Virus record (IMG/VR): IMGVR_UViG_3300009082_000959
Length of the DNA: 64,000 nucleotides
Origin: a virus
Taxonomy: Duplodnaviria; Caudoviricetes
Reading direction: 5' to 3' (one strand)
The notes below the pieces were generated by a model, which saw nothing but the letters and a program-made list of their open reading frames with translations, was not told where the DNA came from and searched no databases. Each line of letters starts with the position of its first letter. The first letter of the stretch is position 1. Made by a program: the position numbers and the translations under genes. Positions 19,345-29,143 of the stretch are shown here, in pieces.

Positions 19345-22300
19345 ATGAAAGATTTGTTTGTTAATCTGCATTCGCATTCGGCGCAGGGAAGTTTGGCGGA
19401 TAGCATGGTTACCGTTGATCAACTTTTCAATAGAGTAAAAGAATTAGGGCAAGAAGCAATTGCTCTGACAGACCATGGAACAATGGCAAGCGTTTTTGAT
19501 GCACGAAAAGCTTCCAAGAAAACTGGAGTAAAATATATACCAGGATGCGAAATTTACTTTGTTAATGATGTATCAGATAAAAAAGGCAAAAGATATCACT
19601 TGGTTCTTTTAGCTAAAAATGAAACAGGATACAGAAATTTACTAAAATTAAATTATCTTGGGTTCAAGTCTGCTCATTATGTTCCTGTTATAAATAAAAT
19701 ATTTTCCGTTGTTGATTGGAATATGCTTGAAGAATATCATAATGGAATTATTTGTCTTACTGCTTGCAGCTCTGGACCAATTGCTCGTGCGTTGTTGGCA
19801 ATTAAAGATAATAATCCAATCAATGAAGTAGAAAATTACTCTAATGCATTGGAAATAACAAAGAGACTCCAAAAAATATTTGGAGAAGATTTGTATCTTG
19901 AAATACAGCCACACGACCTAAAGGCTTATAGTAGAGACAGAAAAACAGGAGATGCATTACTGGACGCAAGTGGCAACCCAATAGTAAGTGTCGACCAACC
20001 ATATATTAATAAAAAAATAATTCAAATATCAAAAGAATTAAATATACCATTAACTGCAACTTGTGATGTTCATTACTTAAACAAAGAAGATGCCAAGGCA
20101 CACGATATGCTCATGGCGATAAATGAAAAGAAGCCACTTAATGATAAAAATAGACACCGATATGAGGTCGAAGAGTTTTACCTTAAGAGTAGCAGCGAAA
20201 TATTAAATTACTTTACAAGTCGTTTTGATGAAAACATTGCACTCGAAGTATGCAACAATAGCATTATAATAGCAAATAAGTGCGAGGACTCTAAATACAT
20301 AGACTCCGACAAAATAAGATTTCCTATTTTTGATGCATCAAAAGAAAAAGATTATGACAAGTTTTTGAGTTGGAATAAAAATCAATCTAATAAAACTTTG
20401 TCAGAGGACAAAGCATATATGAGATTTAAGTGCATAAATGCTTTTGGGAAAATGTATAGACACTTGAGCGAAGATGATAGGAAAATATACAAAGAAAGAC
20501 TCACAGAAGAAATAAAGGTTTTTGAGGAAAAGAACTTTTGTTCTTACATGCTTATAACGTCCGACTTTATAAATAAGGCCAAAGAACACGGTGTCAGAAT
20601 CGGTCCGGGTAGGGGATCGGTCGGAGGATCTCTTGTCGGTAATTTACTTGGCATTCATGAATTAGATCCAATACAATATGGTTTATTGTTTGAGAGATTC
20701 ATTAATAGAGAGAAGGTTGCATTTCCTGACATAGACACTGACTTTAGCCCGGACGGAAGAGAATGGGTAGAGCAATATGTTATAAAGAAATATGGAGAAT
20801 TGAATGTCGCTCATGTTTCAAATTTTTCAAAAATTACTCCAAAGGTTGTATTAAAAGATATAGCTCGCTCATTGGAAATAGGCGGCGGCAAGAGTGAAGC
20901 ATTTAAAATTGCAAATGATATCACTGACTCTATTTCAATTGATTCAAAAACATTTGATAATGCTTTGCAGGAATCAGCGAGCTTGAGGAAAATTTGCGTT
21001 GAATACCCAGACATAGAAAAATATGGCAGAAAATTAGTTGGATTGGAAAAAACATTTGCAACTCATGCTGCTGGAATTGTCATAAGTGATATAGATTTAT
21101 CAACTTATATTCCGTTACGATATGATAAAGATGGGATATTGGCAACGCAATATGAAAAGGAAAGATGCGAAAAGGTTGGTTTGATAAAAATGGATTTCCT
21201 TGGATTAGAGCATCTTAAAATAATTGATGGCGTTATAGCTAATTCCAAGAAATTAGGTCTTGATTGTCCGGACACAGTTGATTTGGCTCCTTTCGACGAT
21301 AAGGGCGTTTGGGATATGATTTCAAGAGGAAAGACATCTTGCGTTTTTCAAATGGGTTCAACTCATATGCAGGCAATGTGCAAGAGAATTAGACCAAGGA
21401 ATATAGAAGATTTAAGTTTAGTTAATGCCTTGGGTCGTCCATCAGCAGCAAAGAGTAGAGACTTATATATAGCAAGAAGAGATGGAAATAAAAAAGTATC
21501 ATATAAATATGATTTTTTGGAAAAAGCATTTAAAGAAACACTTGGTATTTGCGTGTATGAAGAACAGCTGCTTAAATTAGCAAGATACGCTGCTGGTTGG
21601 AGCTTAAATAAGGCCGATGGTTTGAGAAAACTAACAAAGCTAAAAGGCAAAGACCCAAAAATGGCAGCACAATTAGAGGGTGATTTTATAAATGATACTG
21701 TTGCTAATAGTGGATTAACCAATGAACAAGCCAAAGAAATTTGGAAAGATATAATAGAACCATTTGCCGGATATGGGTTTAATAAAGCACATGGAATATT
21801 TTATAGTTTAAATGGATATCATACGGCGTATTATAAACATCATTATCCAGCTCCATTTATGGCTGCTGTTCTAAAATCAGAGGTAGAGAAAACATCTTCA
21901 AATGCAGAAAAAATGAAAGAGTATAAGCAAGAAGCACAAAGAATGGGTATAAAGATTATAGCTCCTGATATAAATTTTAGCGAACATTCTTTTTCAGTGC
22001 GCGACCAAAAAACAATAGTCATGGGTTTTGGAACAGTTAAGGGCGTAGGAGATAAAGCAATTGAGAATATTTTAGAGGTAAGGTCTGTTGGTCCATTTAC
22101 ATCATTTGCCGATTTCTTGCATAGAACAAATTCAAGAGTTGTTCAAAAGAAGGTAATACAATCACTTGCGCAGGCCGGATGTTTTGATTCACTTGGTGTT
22201 TCTCGCCGTGGAGCATTTTTATATTACGCCGAAATAAGAACAAAGACAGCAAAACATATAGAAAAATTGGCAGATAAAAATAATGTTTTGGATGTTCTTA

Positions 22301-22743
22301 AAAACTTGAAAATTGAAAACACTATTTCGGATTTTCATGACGAGTGGAATAAGAAAGAAATTTTGAATGGAGAAATGTTGTCCTTGGGAGAATATTTATC
22401 TGGCGGAATAAATGACATATATAATGAATTTTTTACTAATCAGGGAACAGCTTTAAGTAGAATAAAAAATATGGCTGATGGCGCATCTGTAAGGATTGAA
22501 GTAGTTGTTGATGGTATATCTGAACAAAAAACAAAAACAGGCAAAAGTAAAGGACAAAGTTATGGTAATTGTTCAATTGTAGATAAAAATGGAGATGCAT
22601 CAACTATGAAAATTTGGTCAAATGTATGGAACAAAGTAAGAGATGAAATTAAAGTAGGAAGACCAATAAGAGCTGTTTGTAAAATAAACTCTTATAATGG
22701 AAATAATACACTTGTATTAAATTCGTTAGAAAAGGTAGGTTAA
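19345..22743 (+). CDS. dnaE: DNA polymerase III alpha subunit
   Basis: PHP domain (HSHS, TDHG, GCEIY, DVHY), GRGSVGGSL, catalytic PDIDTD, HAAGIVI, KMDFLGL, GYGFNKAH, C-terminal OB fold. Confidence 0.96.
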   Translation: MKDLFVNLHSHSAQGSLADSMVTVDQLFNRVKELGQEAIALTDHGTMASVFDARKASKKTGVKYIPGCEIYFVNDVSDKKGKRYHLVLLAKNETGYRNLLKLNYLGFKSAHYVPVINKIFSVVDWNMLEEYHNGIICLTACSSGPIARALLAIKDNNPINEVENYSNALEITKRLQKIFGEDLYLEIQPHDLKAYSRDRKTGDALLDASGNPIVSVDQPYINKKIIQISKELNIPLTATCDVHYLNKEDAKAHDMLMAINEKKPLNDKNRHRYEVEEFYLKSSSEILNYFTSRFDENIALEVCNNSIIIANKCEDSKYIDSDKIRFPIFDASKEKDYDKFLSWNKNQSNKTLSEDKAYMRFKCINAFGKMYRHLSEDDRKIYKERLTEEIKVFEEKNFCSYMLITSDFINKAKEHGVRIGPGRGSVGGSLVGNLLGIHELDPIQYGLLFERFINREKVAFPDIDTDFSPDGREWVEQYVIKKYGELNVAHVSNFSKITPKVVLKDIARSLEIGGGKSEAFKIANDITDSISIDSKTFDNALQESASLRKICVEYPDIEKYGRKLVGLEKTFATHAAGIVISDIDLSTYIPLRYDKDGILATQYEKERCEKVGLIKMDFLGLEHLKIIDGVIANSKKLGLDCPDTVDLAPFDDKGVWDMISRGKTSCVFQMGSTHMQAMCKRIRPRNIEDLSLVNALGRPSAAKSRDLYIARRDGNKKVSYKYDFLEKAFKETLGICVYEEQLLKLARYAAGWSLNKADGLRKLTKLKGKDPKMAAQLEGDFINDTVANSGLTNEQAKEIWKDIIEPFAGYGFNKAHGIFYSLNGYHTAYYKHHYPAPFMAAVLKSEVEKTSSNAEKMKEYKQEAQRMGIKIIAPDINFSEHSFSVRDQKTIVMGFGTVKGVGDKAIENILEVRSVGPFTSFADFLHRTNSRVVQKKVIQSLAQAGCFDSLGVSRRGAFLYYAEIRTKTAKHIEKLADKNNVLDVLKNLKIENTISDFHDEWNKKEILNGEMLSLGEYLSGGINDIYNEFFTNQGTALSRIKNMADGASVRIEVVVDGISEQKTKTGKSKGQSYGNCSIVDKNGDASTMKIWSNVWNKVRDEIKVGRPIRAVCKINSYNGNNTLVLNSLEKVG

Positions 22744-22745
22744 TC

Positions 22746-23279
22746 ATGAAGTGTGAAAATTGCGGAGTTTTAATTAATCCAGATTTTGGGTTTGCGATAA
22801 AAAATAATCAATGTCCTGCGTGTGGCAAAAACATTATGAGCAAAGAAAAGGCCATTGCGGTTTCTGACTTAAAGAGCCTTCTTGCGGAAAATATAAAAGG
22901 AATTGACATAGACCCCATTGTTTCGCTGGTGGTGGCCAATTTCGACATCAAACTAATTTCAAAAAACGGGTTGCAAAAGCCGGTCGCGCAGGATAAGATT
23001 GACGATGCCGGTTCGCCACCAGAAAAAGACGACCCGGATGCCGAATTCAAACAAAAACAAAAAAAGGAAGCGCAGGCAATATTAAGGAAATTGAGAGACG
23101 AAGCACTCAACGGCGCTCTACACGACAGATATGGGTTTGAAGAAGATGGAGCTGGTGTTTCAATTGATATAGGCGTGAATGACGGAGAAAGCACATTTGA
23201 GGTGGCAGAAAGAATTAAGAAAGAACAAAAAAGAGATGCAGTTCTTAGTGGCGGCGGTTCATTTAAGAGGTCCGAGTGA
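22746..23279 (+). CDS. Zinc-ribbon hypothetical protein
   Basis: CENC...CPAC at the N-terminus. Confidence 0.75.
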   Translation: MKCENCGVLINPDFGFAIKNNQCPACGKNIMSKEKAIAVSDLKSLLAENIKGIDIDPIVSLVVANFDIKLISKNGLQKPVAQDKIDDAGSPPEKDDPDAEFKQKQKKEAQAILRKLRDEALNGALHDRYGFEEDGAGVSIDIGVNDGESTFEVAERIKKEQKRDAVLSGGGSFKRSE

Positions 23280-23560
23280 TTAAGGGAATAGGCCATAAAA
23301 AAGTAGAAATCACTAACGAAGAGTATTTGTATTACTTGGAATTGGTGAAAAGATACTCTAATGAAACACATAGTGGTGAGGATTATTTTGTTGATTTGTT
23401 TCAAACCGATAAATCAAATAATATATCTGTTATTACACCAACAAATAATGTTCCTTGGGTTATTTTATTCTTTGTCCAAAATCTTATGATTAATCAGCGT
23501 TTAAGAATAAATGACTCAAAGATTGATGAACTTGAAAGGAAAATTGATGGCAGGAAATAG
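23276..23560 (+). CDS. Hypothetical protein
   Basis: GTGA overlap; operonic. Confidence 0.7.
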   Translation: MIKGIGHKKVEITNEEYLYYLELVKRYSNETHSGEDYFVDLFQTDKSNNISVITPTNNVPWVILFFVQNLMINQRLRINDSKIDELERKIDGRK

Positions 23561-24137
23561 TTTAACAGTAAAAGAATTACTTAATCCTGGTGAAAAATTC
23601 GATCCCATGAATATAGACACCAGCGAAATAAAGGCATTATCTAATGCGTTGCCACAAGATGGAAATATAGATACCAATAACGCAGAAGTGATGGCAACAA
23701 AATACTTACGCGGCGCCGATATCTGCGCGGAGCTAACAGCAATTGCTCTTGCTTATGTCCAAAAGACCAGCTCAAATATGAAGATGGAATATAGTCAAGC
23801 AGCTTTGGTGAGGTCAGAGGATTATTTTACTACAAAAAATGGTGGTAAAAAACCAGCAAAAATAACAGATAAAATGAGAACACTTTATGCGGAAATGGAC
23901 GAAGAGTATCTTGCCGCTTGCCAAAAGCATGACGAGGCCATGGCGTTTGCAAAATGGGTGAATGGAAAATATGATAGTTTCAATAAAATGCACTATCACT
24001 GCAAACAAGCTCTTTCTCGCGGGTATGATCATGAACGAATATCGGGCTGGGAAAGAGATATAACGGGAAATCAGGAAAGCGGAGAGTGTAGTTTATCGGT
24101 AAATAAAAGCACAGACGACGATGATTCTGGTTGGTAA
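23547..24137 (+). CDS. Helical protein, possibly UvsY-like recombination mediator
   Basis: GAAAGGA before ATG 23547; helical pattern and position directly before the SSB gene; function is a guess. Confidence 0.45.
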   Translation: MAGNSLTVKELLNPGEKFDPMNIDTSEIKALSNALPQDGNIDTNNAEVMATKYLRGADICAELTAIALAYVQKTSSNMKMEYSQAALVRSEDYFTTKNGGKKPAKITDKMRTLYAEMDEEYLAACQKHDEAMAFAKWVNGKYDSFNKMHYHCKQALSRGYDHERISGWERDITGNQESGECSLSVNKSTDDDDSGW

Positions 24138-24138
24138 T

Positions 24139-24168
24139 ACTTGACTTTTTTGTAAAATCAAGTATAAT
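24139..24168 (+). promoter_or_regulatory. Sigma70-type promoter overlapped by an inverted repeat
   Basis: TTGACT (24141-24146), 16-nt spacer, TATAAT (24163-24168); ACTTGA...TCAAGT inverted repeat at 24139-24163. Confidence 0.7.
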
Positions 24169-24236
24169 AATAAATGTCCGCCGGCAATTTTTAGTTTAGA
24201 TAAAGCCAAAGGACAATTAACAAAGGAGTATTAAAA

Positions 24237-24869
24237 ATGAGTACAAAGGTAGTCGGAAAATTGGATGATTGGAATGACGCGGATTTAGGTGGCAGCGACT
24301 TTATGAATCTCGAAGAAGGTTCAAATCAGGTTCGTATTGTTGGCAAGGCACATCAGTTTTATATACACTGGACAAAGGATGAGACTGGTGCAAATCGTAA
24401 GGTTCACTGCGCCCTTGATGGTTGCCCTCTCTGCCAGAAGGGAGAGCGAGCACAACCACGATGGTTTGTGACAGTCATTAATCGTAAAACCAATAAGTGT
24501 GCTATATTAGAAATTGGTTCTCAAATCTATAAGAGTATTCTCAATTTGTTTAAAAAGGAAAAGTGGGGTGATCCAAGACAGTATGATTTGGATATTGAGC
24601 GCCAACCAAAGGGCTCACAACCATTATATGTTGTTTCCCCCAATCCAAAGGAAGCACTCTCAGATGATGAGAAGGGGCTTGTTAAGGAGTTCAATACAAG
24701 AGTTGATTTGGTTAAGATGGCCGTTCCAGCAACTGTAGAGGAAATTTGTGAGAAGCTGGGATTATCTGCGCCAAAGGCAAAGCCAGCAGTAAGCAATAGT
24801 TTTGATGAGGCTGAGCCAGTCGCAACAGAAGAAAGCGGCAGCGATGACGACTTCAATTTTGATGGTTAA
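24237..24869 (+). CDS. Single-stranded DNA-binding protein, T4 gp32-like
   Basis: HC...GCPLC zinc site, W/F/Y-rich core, acidic tail ending DDDFNFDG; AAGGAG RBS. Confidence 0.78.
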   Translation: MSTKVVGKLDDWNDADLGGSDFMNLEEGSNQVRIVGKAHQFYIHWTKDETGANRKVHCALDGCPLCQKGERAQPRWFVTVINRKTNKCAILEIGSQIYKSILNLFKKEKWGDPRQYDLDIERQPKGSQPLYVVSPNPKEALSDDEKGLVKEFNTRVDLVKMAVPATVEEICEKLGLSAPKAKPAVSNSFDEAEPVATEESGSDDDFNFDG

Positions 24870-24887
24870 TATGTAATTAGCGTGAGT

Positions 24888-24930
24888 AATAAAATCCAGG
24901 ATGACTTAATTGTTATTCCTGGATTTTATT
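24888..24930 (+). terminator. Intrinsic terminator-like hairpin
   Basis: AATAAAATCCAGGA / TCCTGGATTTTATT arms right after the SSB stop, followed by a T-rich tract. Confidence 0.75.
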
Positions 24931-24951
24931 GTTTTATAGTCATTTCAAACA

Positions 24952-25533
24952 ATGTTAATTCTTGCCTTAGATGTTAGTAGTAAATCAACCGGATGGTCCG
25001 TCATTCTGGATGGTAAATTGACAGACGGATACGGACTTATTTCCCCAAACAAAAAATTTTCTCAGGGGGCCAAGTTATCGTTTTTTAGAGAACAAATTAA
25101 AACACTGTATTATAAATATAATCCAGATTTGGTAATCGTTGAAAACATATTTTGCGGAATTAATAAAATATCCTTTCGTTGTTTGGCAGAATTTCGCGGA
25201 GTTGCATTCCAAACATTATTTGAGATAACTGGACGTGACCCATACAGCATAATGGCAGTCGAGGCAAGAAAAATTATGGGAGTTGGGACAAAAAAAGAAG
25301 ATGCGTTTAGTGGTATCGTAAATAAATATAACTTGATTGGTTTTGATTTTGAGAAAGACAATGACATAGTGGATTCATTTTGTCTTGGTCTCGCGTACCA
25401 AAAAATACTCGACGGCGCTCAAATAATGCCAGTAATAAGGTCTAAAAAGAGAAGAACAAAACAATCTACCCGCAGAGATAAGAGTGTTTTGGGTGGAAGA
25501 AAAACTAAGAAAAAAAGAAAGACAAAGAAATGA
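24952..25533 (+). CDS. RuvC-like Holliday junction resolvase
   Basis: LALDVSSKSTG, VIVEN, DIVDS acidic motifs; basic C-terminal tail. Confidence 0.8.
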   Translation: MLILALDVSSKSTGWSVILDGKLTDGYGLISPNKKFSQGAKLSFFREQIKTLYYKYNPDLVIVENIFCGINKISFRCLAEFRGVAFQTLFEITGRDPYSIMAVEARKIMGVGTKKEDAFSGIVNKYNLIGFDFEKDNDIVDSFCLGLAYQKILDGAQIMPVIRSKKRRTKQSTRRDKSVLGGRKTKKKRKTKK

Positions 25534-26528
25534 ATAATCCTTATGAAGTTCTTGGGGTTGAAAAAGACGCGAGCCAAGCCGACATAAAAAAGGCTTACAG
25601 GACTCTCGCAAAACAAACACACCCCGACGTAAACCAAAATGATCCGGTAGCGGAAGAAAAATTTAAAGATATTTCGGCCGCATATGATATTTTGGGTGAT
25701 CCAGAAAAAAGAAAAAACTTTGATACCTTTGGCAGCGTTGATGGCCGAGGCCCAGACAATGGATTTAATCCGTTTGATTTTGTTATGAATGATATTTTTG
25801 GTGGCAGGAAAAGATCAACAACCGGACAGCACATTACAAAGAAAATATCAATTAGTTTTATGGAATCAGCTCTTGGGTGTGAGAAAAAAATTTCAGTAGA
25901 ATATCCGCATCAATGCAAATCATGTAAAGGAAATGGATCAAAGGACGGGACTAATACTAAAACATGTGTAACTTGCAATGGATTTGGAAAAATAGAACAA
26001 AGTCATGGGTTTATGCAAATAATAAATAGGTGTCCGACTTGCAATGGTTCTGGAAACATGATTACAGAAAAGTGCTTAGATTGTTCTGGCAAAGGCATAG
26101 TATTTAACACGGAGACACTTAAAGTAAAGTTTCCGGCCGGAATCAGTACTGGAAACTCAATAAGGTTGGCAAAAAAAGGTATGCCAAGTGATGTGGGTGG
26201 AACTAACGGAGATTTGTTTTTAAATGTGTTTGTTGAGCCTCACCCGAAGTTTAAACATGACGGAGCTAATGTTTTTTCTTTTGAGAACATTAGCTATTTG
26301 CAGGCAATTTTGGGTGAAAAAATAGATATTCAAACAATACACGGTGACATAAAATTAACAATTCCCTCATACACTCAGCCAAATAGTGTATTGAGGGTTG
26401 CTGGTAAGGGAATTATAAATGGAAATAATTGTGGAGATCATATTGTTGTTATTAATATAACTATACCAAAAAATATTTCACAGGAAGAGGAAAATCTTTT
26501 AAAACAATTAAAAGAAATAAAAAATTAA
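25530..26528 (+). CDS. dnaJ: DnaJ chaperone
   Basis: J-domain HPD, four CxxCxGxG repeats, C-terminal domain. Confidence 0.95.
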   Translation: MNNPYEVLGVEKDASQADIKKAYRTLAKQTHPDVNQNDPVAEEKFKDISAAYDILGDPEKRKNFDTFGSVDGRGPDNGFNPFDFVMNDIFGGRKRSTTGQHITKKISISFMESALGCEKKISVEYPHQCKSCKGNGSKDGTNTKTCVTCNGFGKIEQSHGFMQIINRCPTCNGSGNMITEKCLDCSGKGIVFNTETLKVKFPAGISTGNSIRLAKKGMPSDVGGTNGDLFLNVFVEPHPKFKHDGANVFSFENISYLQAILGEKIDIQTIHGDIKLTIPSYTQPNSVLRVAGKGIINGNNCGDHIVVINITIPKNISQEEENLLKQLKEIKN

Positions 26529-26538
26529 CGAGGCACAC

Positions 26539-27384
26539 ATGCACAAAAAGTTTCTTGCACTGATTATGCTAATTTCTGCTTTTTCTTGGTCTTGTCAGGA
26601 TAAAAATAAATTGACAGTTGGAGAACAGATTTCAGAAACCATTGTGTATGTGAATCAATCATCAGGAGTCATTGTATATTCCGATGAAGAACGATCATTG
26701 GTTTTAACAGCATATCATGTAATAGCAGATAATTGCGATTCAAGCGGTAGTTGCAATACAGACGAAATAAAAGTATCCATAGTGTATCCAATTTTTTTGG
26801 ACAAAGAAACAAAAATAAGAGCAAGAGAGATAATGGAGAAAAATGGAACCAGTGAAGATATTATTAATTTAATATTGGATAATGAGTTTATTCAAATACC
26901 AGAGTTTTTTAGTGTTGTTCAATCCGAAGTAGACCCATCCCACGACTTGGCTATATTGGAAATAAAAACTTCGTTAAATTTTCGTTTCTCTAATCTTTCC
27001 AAAAAAGAATGCAAGGTTGGAGACGATGTTTATCTTGCTGGTAATCCAAATAGATTATTCAGAACAATATTAAAGGGAACCGTTGGGTCTATTGATAGGT
27101 TTATAGATAATACCGAGTCAATACAAATCAGTGGCGGAACAATATTCGGTAGCAGTGGCGGTGGAGTTTTTAATCTTGATGGGGAATTAATTGGAATAAT
27201 TCAATCCGTAAGGGCATTGGTTACGCCTTATTGTTATGGCGAGTGGAATGAAGATGGAGATTTTGTTAAAAGGACGTGCGTTGAGTTGCCAGTTGAGTTT
27301 TTGGGTTTTGCTGCAAAAGAAAAAGTAATTATCGACTTTCTATCTGAAAGTCGATTTTGTTTGTATTTTAAAATTTGTAAATAA
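26539..27384 (+). CDS. Trypsin-like serine protease with signal peptide (possible lipoprotein)
   Basis: LTAYHV, DLAIL, GSSGGG triad motifs; N-terminal MHKKFLALIMLISAFSWSC. Confidence 0.82.
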   Translation: MHKKFLALIMLISAFSWSCQDKNKLTVGEQISETIVYVNQSSGVIVYSDEERSLVLTAYHVIADNCDSSGSCNTDEIKVSIVYPIFLDKETKIRAREIMEKNGTSEDIINLILDNEFIQIPEFFSVVQSEVDPSHDLAILEIKTSLNFRFSNLSKKECKVGDDVYLAGNPNRLFRTILKGTVGSIDRFIDNTESIQISGGTIFGSSGGGVFNLDGELIGIIQSVRALVTPYCYGEWNEDGDFVKRTCVELPVEFLGFAAKEKVIIDFLSESRFCLYFKICK

Positions 27385-27461
27385 AAAAGAAAGGTTAGCT
27401 AACTGCACATAATCTGCTAATATCTTCCAACATAGTATGCCACTACATAGGAGGTATTTTC

Positions 27462-28055
27462 ATGTTCGTGCCGCTTAGAAAAGCGGTTGAATTAACGGGT
27501 CTACACCCAAACACTTTAAGGAAATATGCAGACCAAAACAAAATCAAAGCAGTCAGAACTCCCTGCGGGAACCGGTTGTTCGACACCGATTCACTTCCGG
27601 GCCAACAGGCTCAGCGATCAGCCACAGTCTGCTATTGTAGAGTTAGTTCAACCAAACAAAAATCAGGTCTCGCTAGACAAGTTGTTGAACTTAGAACCCA
27701 ATTCCCCCAAGCAGACATCATCCAAGATGTGGGATCCGAGCTCAACTTCAAAAGAAAAGGGCTTAGGTCCTTATTGGACCGATTGCTTCAAGGAGATCGT
27801 ATCACACTTATCGTGGCTCGCAGAGACCGGCTCTGCCGGTTTGGATTCGAGTTGCTTGAGTATTTGGTCACCAAAAACGGTGGAGAAATCATGGTTCTCG
27901 ACCAACCTGAAACAAGTCCGCAATCAGAATTGGTTCAAGACTTGTTGTCAATCATACTTGAGTTCTCTCGCAGAGTCCCAGGACTCCACAGATACTACGA
28001 TGATATCAAAAAAGATACGACTGTTACCAACTCAACAACAGAAACAGCAACTTAA
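27462..28055 (+). CDS. tnpA: IS607 serine recombinase TnpA
   Basis: N-terminal MerR-like HTH (TGLHPNTLRKY), YCRVSS catalytic Ser, DVGSELNFKRKGL, RDRLCRFGFE. Confidence 0.93.
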   Translation: MFVPLRKAVELTGLHPNTLRKYADQNKIKAVRTPCGNRLFDTDSLPGQQAQRSATVCYCRVSSTKQKSGLARQVVELRTQFPQADIIQDVGSELNFKRKGLRSLLDRLLQGDRITLIVARRDRLCRFGFELLEYLVTKNGGEIMVLDQPETSPQSELVQDLLSIILEFSRRVPGLHRYYDDIKKDTTVTNSTTETAT

Positions 28056-29121
28056 TTCGTGGATAAACGGTTTTCGTTTTGTTTATAATCAGTCTTTGGA
28101 GTATGCACAGAAGCAAACAACTACTCCATCGTGGTTTAAAACTAAAAAGCAGTTGTTAGATCAGTTACCCTCTTGGACTAAACAAATTCCCTATCAAATT
28201 AAATCAATTGCTATAAAGGAAGCATTTGATAACCTAAGACAACGGAAAAAACAAGCAAAATTTAAACACACTAAATTTAAGATGCACTTTAAGTCTAAGA
28301 AGGAACCACAACAATCGTGTTATTTGCCTAAGTCTGCGGTTTTGACAAAGGGAATTTATCCAAGGTTGCTGGGGAAACTTAAATACACAGAATCACTGCC
28401 ATCCAATATTGGTGACTCTCGTTTAGTTTACGTTTACGGGAAATTTTACTTAACTATACCAACAACAAAGCAACGGTCTTTAACCGAGAACCAAGGCAGA
28501 ATCGTTGCTCTCGATCCAGGTATAAGAAAGTTTATTACTTTCGTAAGTCATGACAGTGCGGGTTGCTTGGCAACCCATGACATAGGTAGGATTTATAGAT
28601 TATGTTTTTATTTAGACCAATTAGTTTCCAAGACAAGCAAGGCCAAGTCTAAACAAAAACATAATTTACGAAAAGCAGCAAACCGTATTCGTGAAAAAAT
28701 TAAAAACTTAATAGATGAACTACACAACAAAGTTGCCTATTTTCTTGTTAATAATTTTGACCTAATTTTACTACCAACTTTTGAAACACAACAAATGGTT
28801 TCCAAAGCACATCGTAAAATAGGATCAAAATCAGCCAGGGCCATGATGACTTTCAGTCACTATAAATTTAAGCAGAAACTAAAACACAAAGCCTTTGAAT
28901 ACGGGAAAGTAGTAGTTGATGTTTGTGAAGCCTATACTAGTAAAACCAATAATTTTACTGGCGTGGTGGATAAAAAATTAGGCGGAAAAGAATACGTATT
29001 AGTTGGTGGGAAAAAAGTGGATCGAGATATAAATGGAGCCTTGGGTATTTTACTTATGGCATTGGGAGATACACCCTATTTGGACAATTCAGTCCACAAT
29101 TGCACTGCTAATCATTATTAG
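28000..29121 (+). CDS. tnpB: TnpB RNA-guided nuclease, pro-Fanzor-like; frame is open upstream to ATG 27526
   Basis: KKIRLLP..QKQQL HTH start, RuvC-I ALDPG, RuvC-II LLPTFE, RuvC-III DRDING; no zinc-finger cysteines. Confidence 0.88.
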   Translation: MISKKIRLLPTQQQKQQLNSWINGFRFVYNQSLEYAQKQTTTPSWFKTKKQLLDQLPSWTKQIPYQIKSIAIKEAFDNLRQRKKQAKFKHTKFKMHFKSKKEPQQSCYLPKSAVLTKGIYPRLLGKLKYTESLPSNIGDSRLVYVYGKFYLTIPTTKQRSLTENQGRIVALDPGIRKFITFVSHDSAGCLATHDIGRIYRLCFYLDQLVSKTSKAKSKQKHNLRKAANRIREKIKNLIDELHNKVAYFLVNNFDLILLPTFETQQMVSKAHRKIGSKSARAMMTFSHYKFKQKLKHKAFEYGKVVVDVCEAYTSKTNNFTGVVDKKLGGKEYVLVGGKKVDRDINGALGILLMALGDTPYLDNSVHNCTANHY

Positions 29122-29143
29122 CAGAAAGGTATCGGAATAATTA

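Larger units (their letters stand above)
27393..29135 (+). mobile_element. IS607-family element (tnpA + tnpB)
   Basis: GG dinucleotides at 27393-27394 and 29134-29135; TCTGCTAATA (27413-27422) is the reverse complement of TATTAGCAGA (29116-29125); removing the element restores an AAAGGA RBS for recA. Confidence 0.88.

Noticed and set aside
27393-29135. IStron (group I intron fused to IS607)
   Set aside because: Only about 70 nt lie between the left end and tnpA, too short for a group I core, and the insertion is intergenic.
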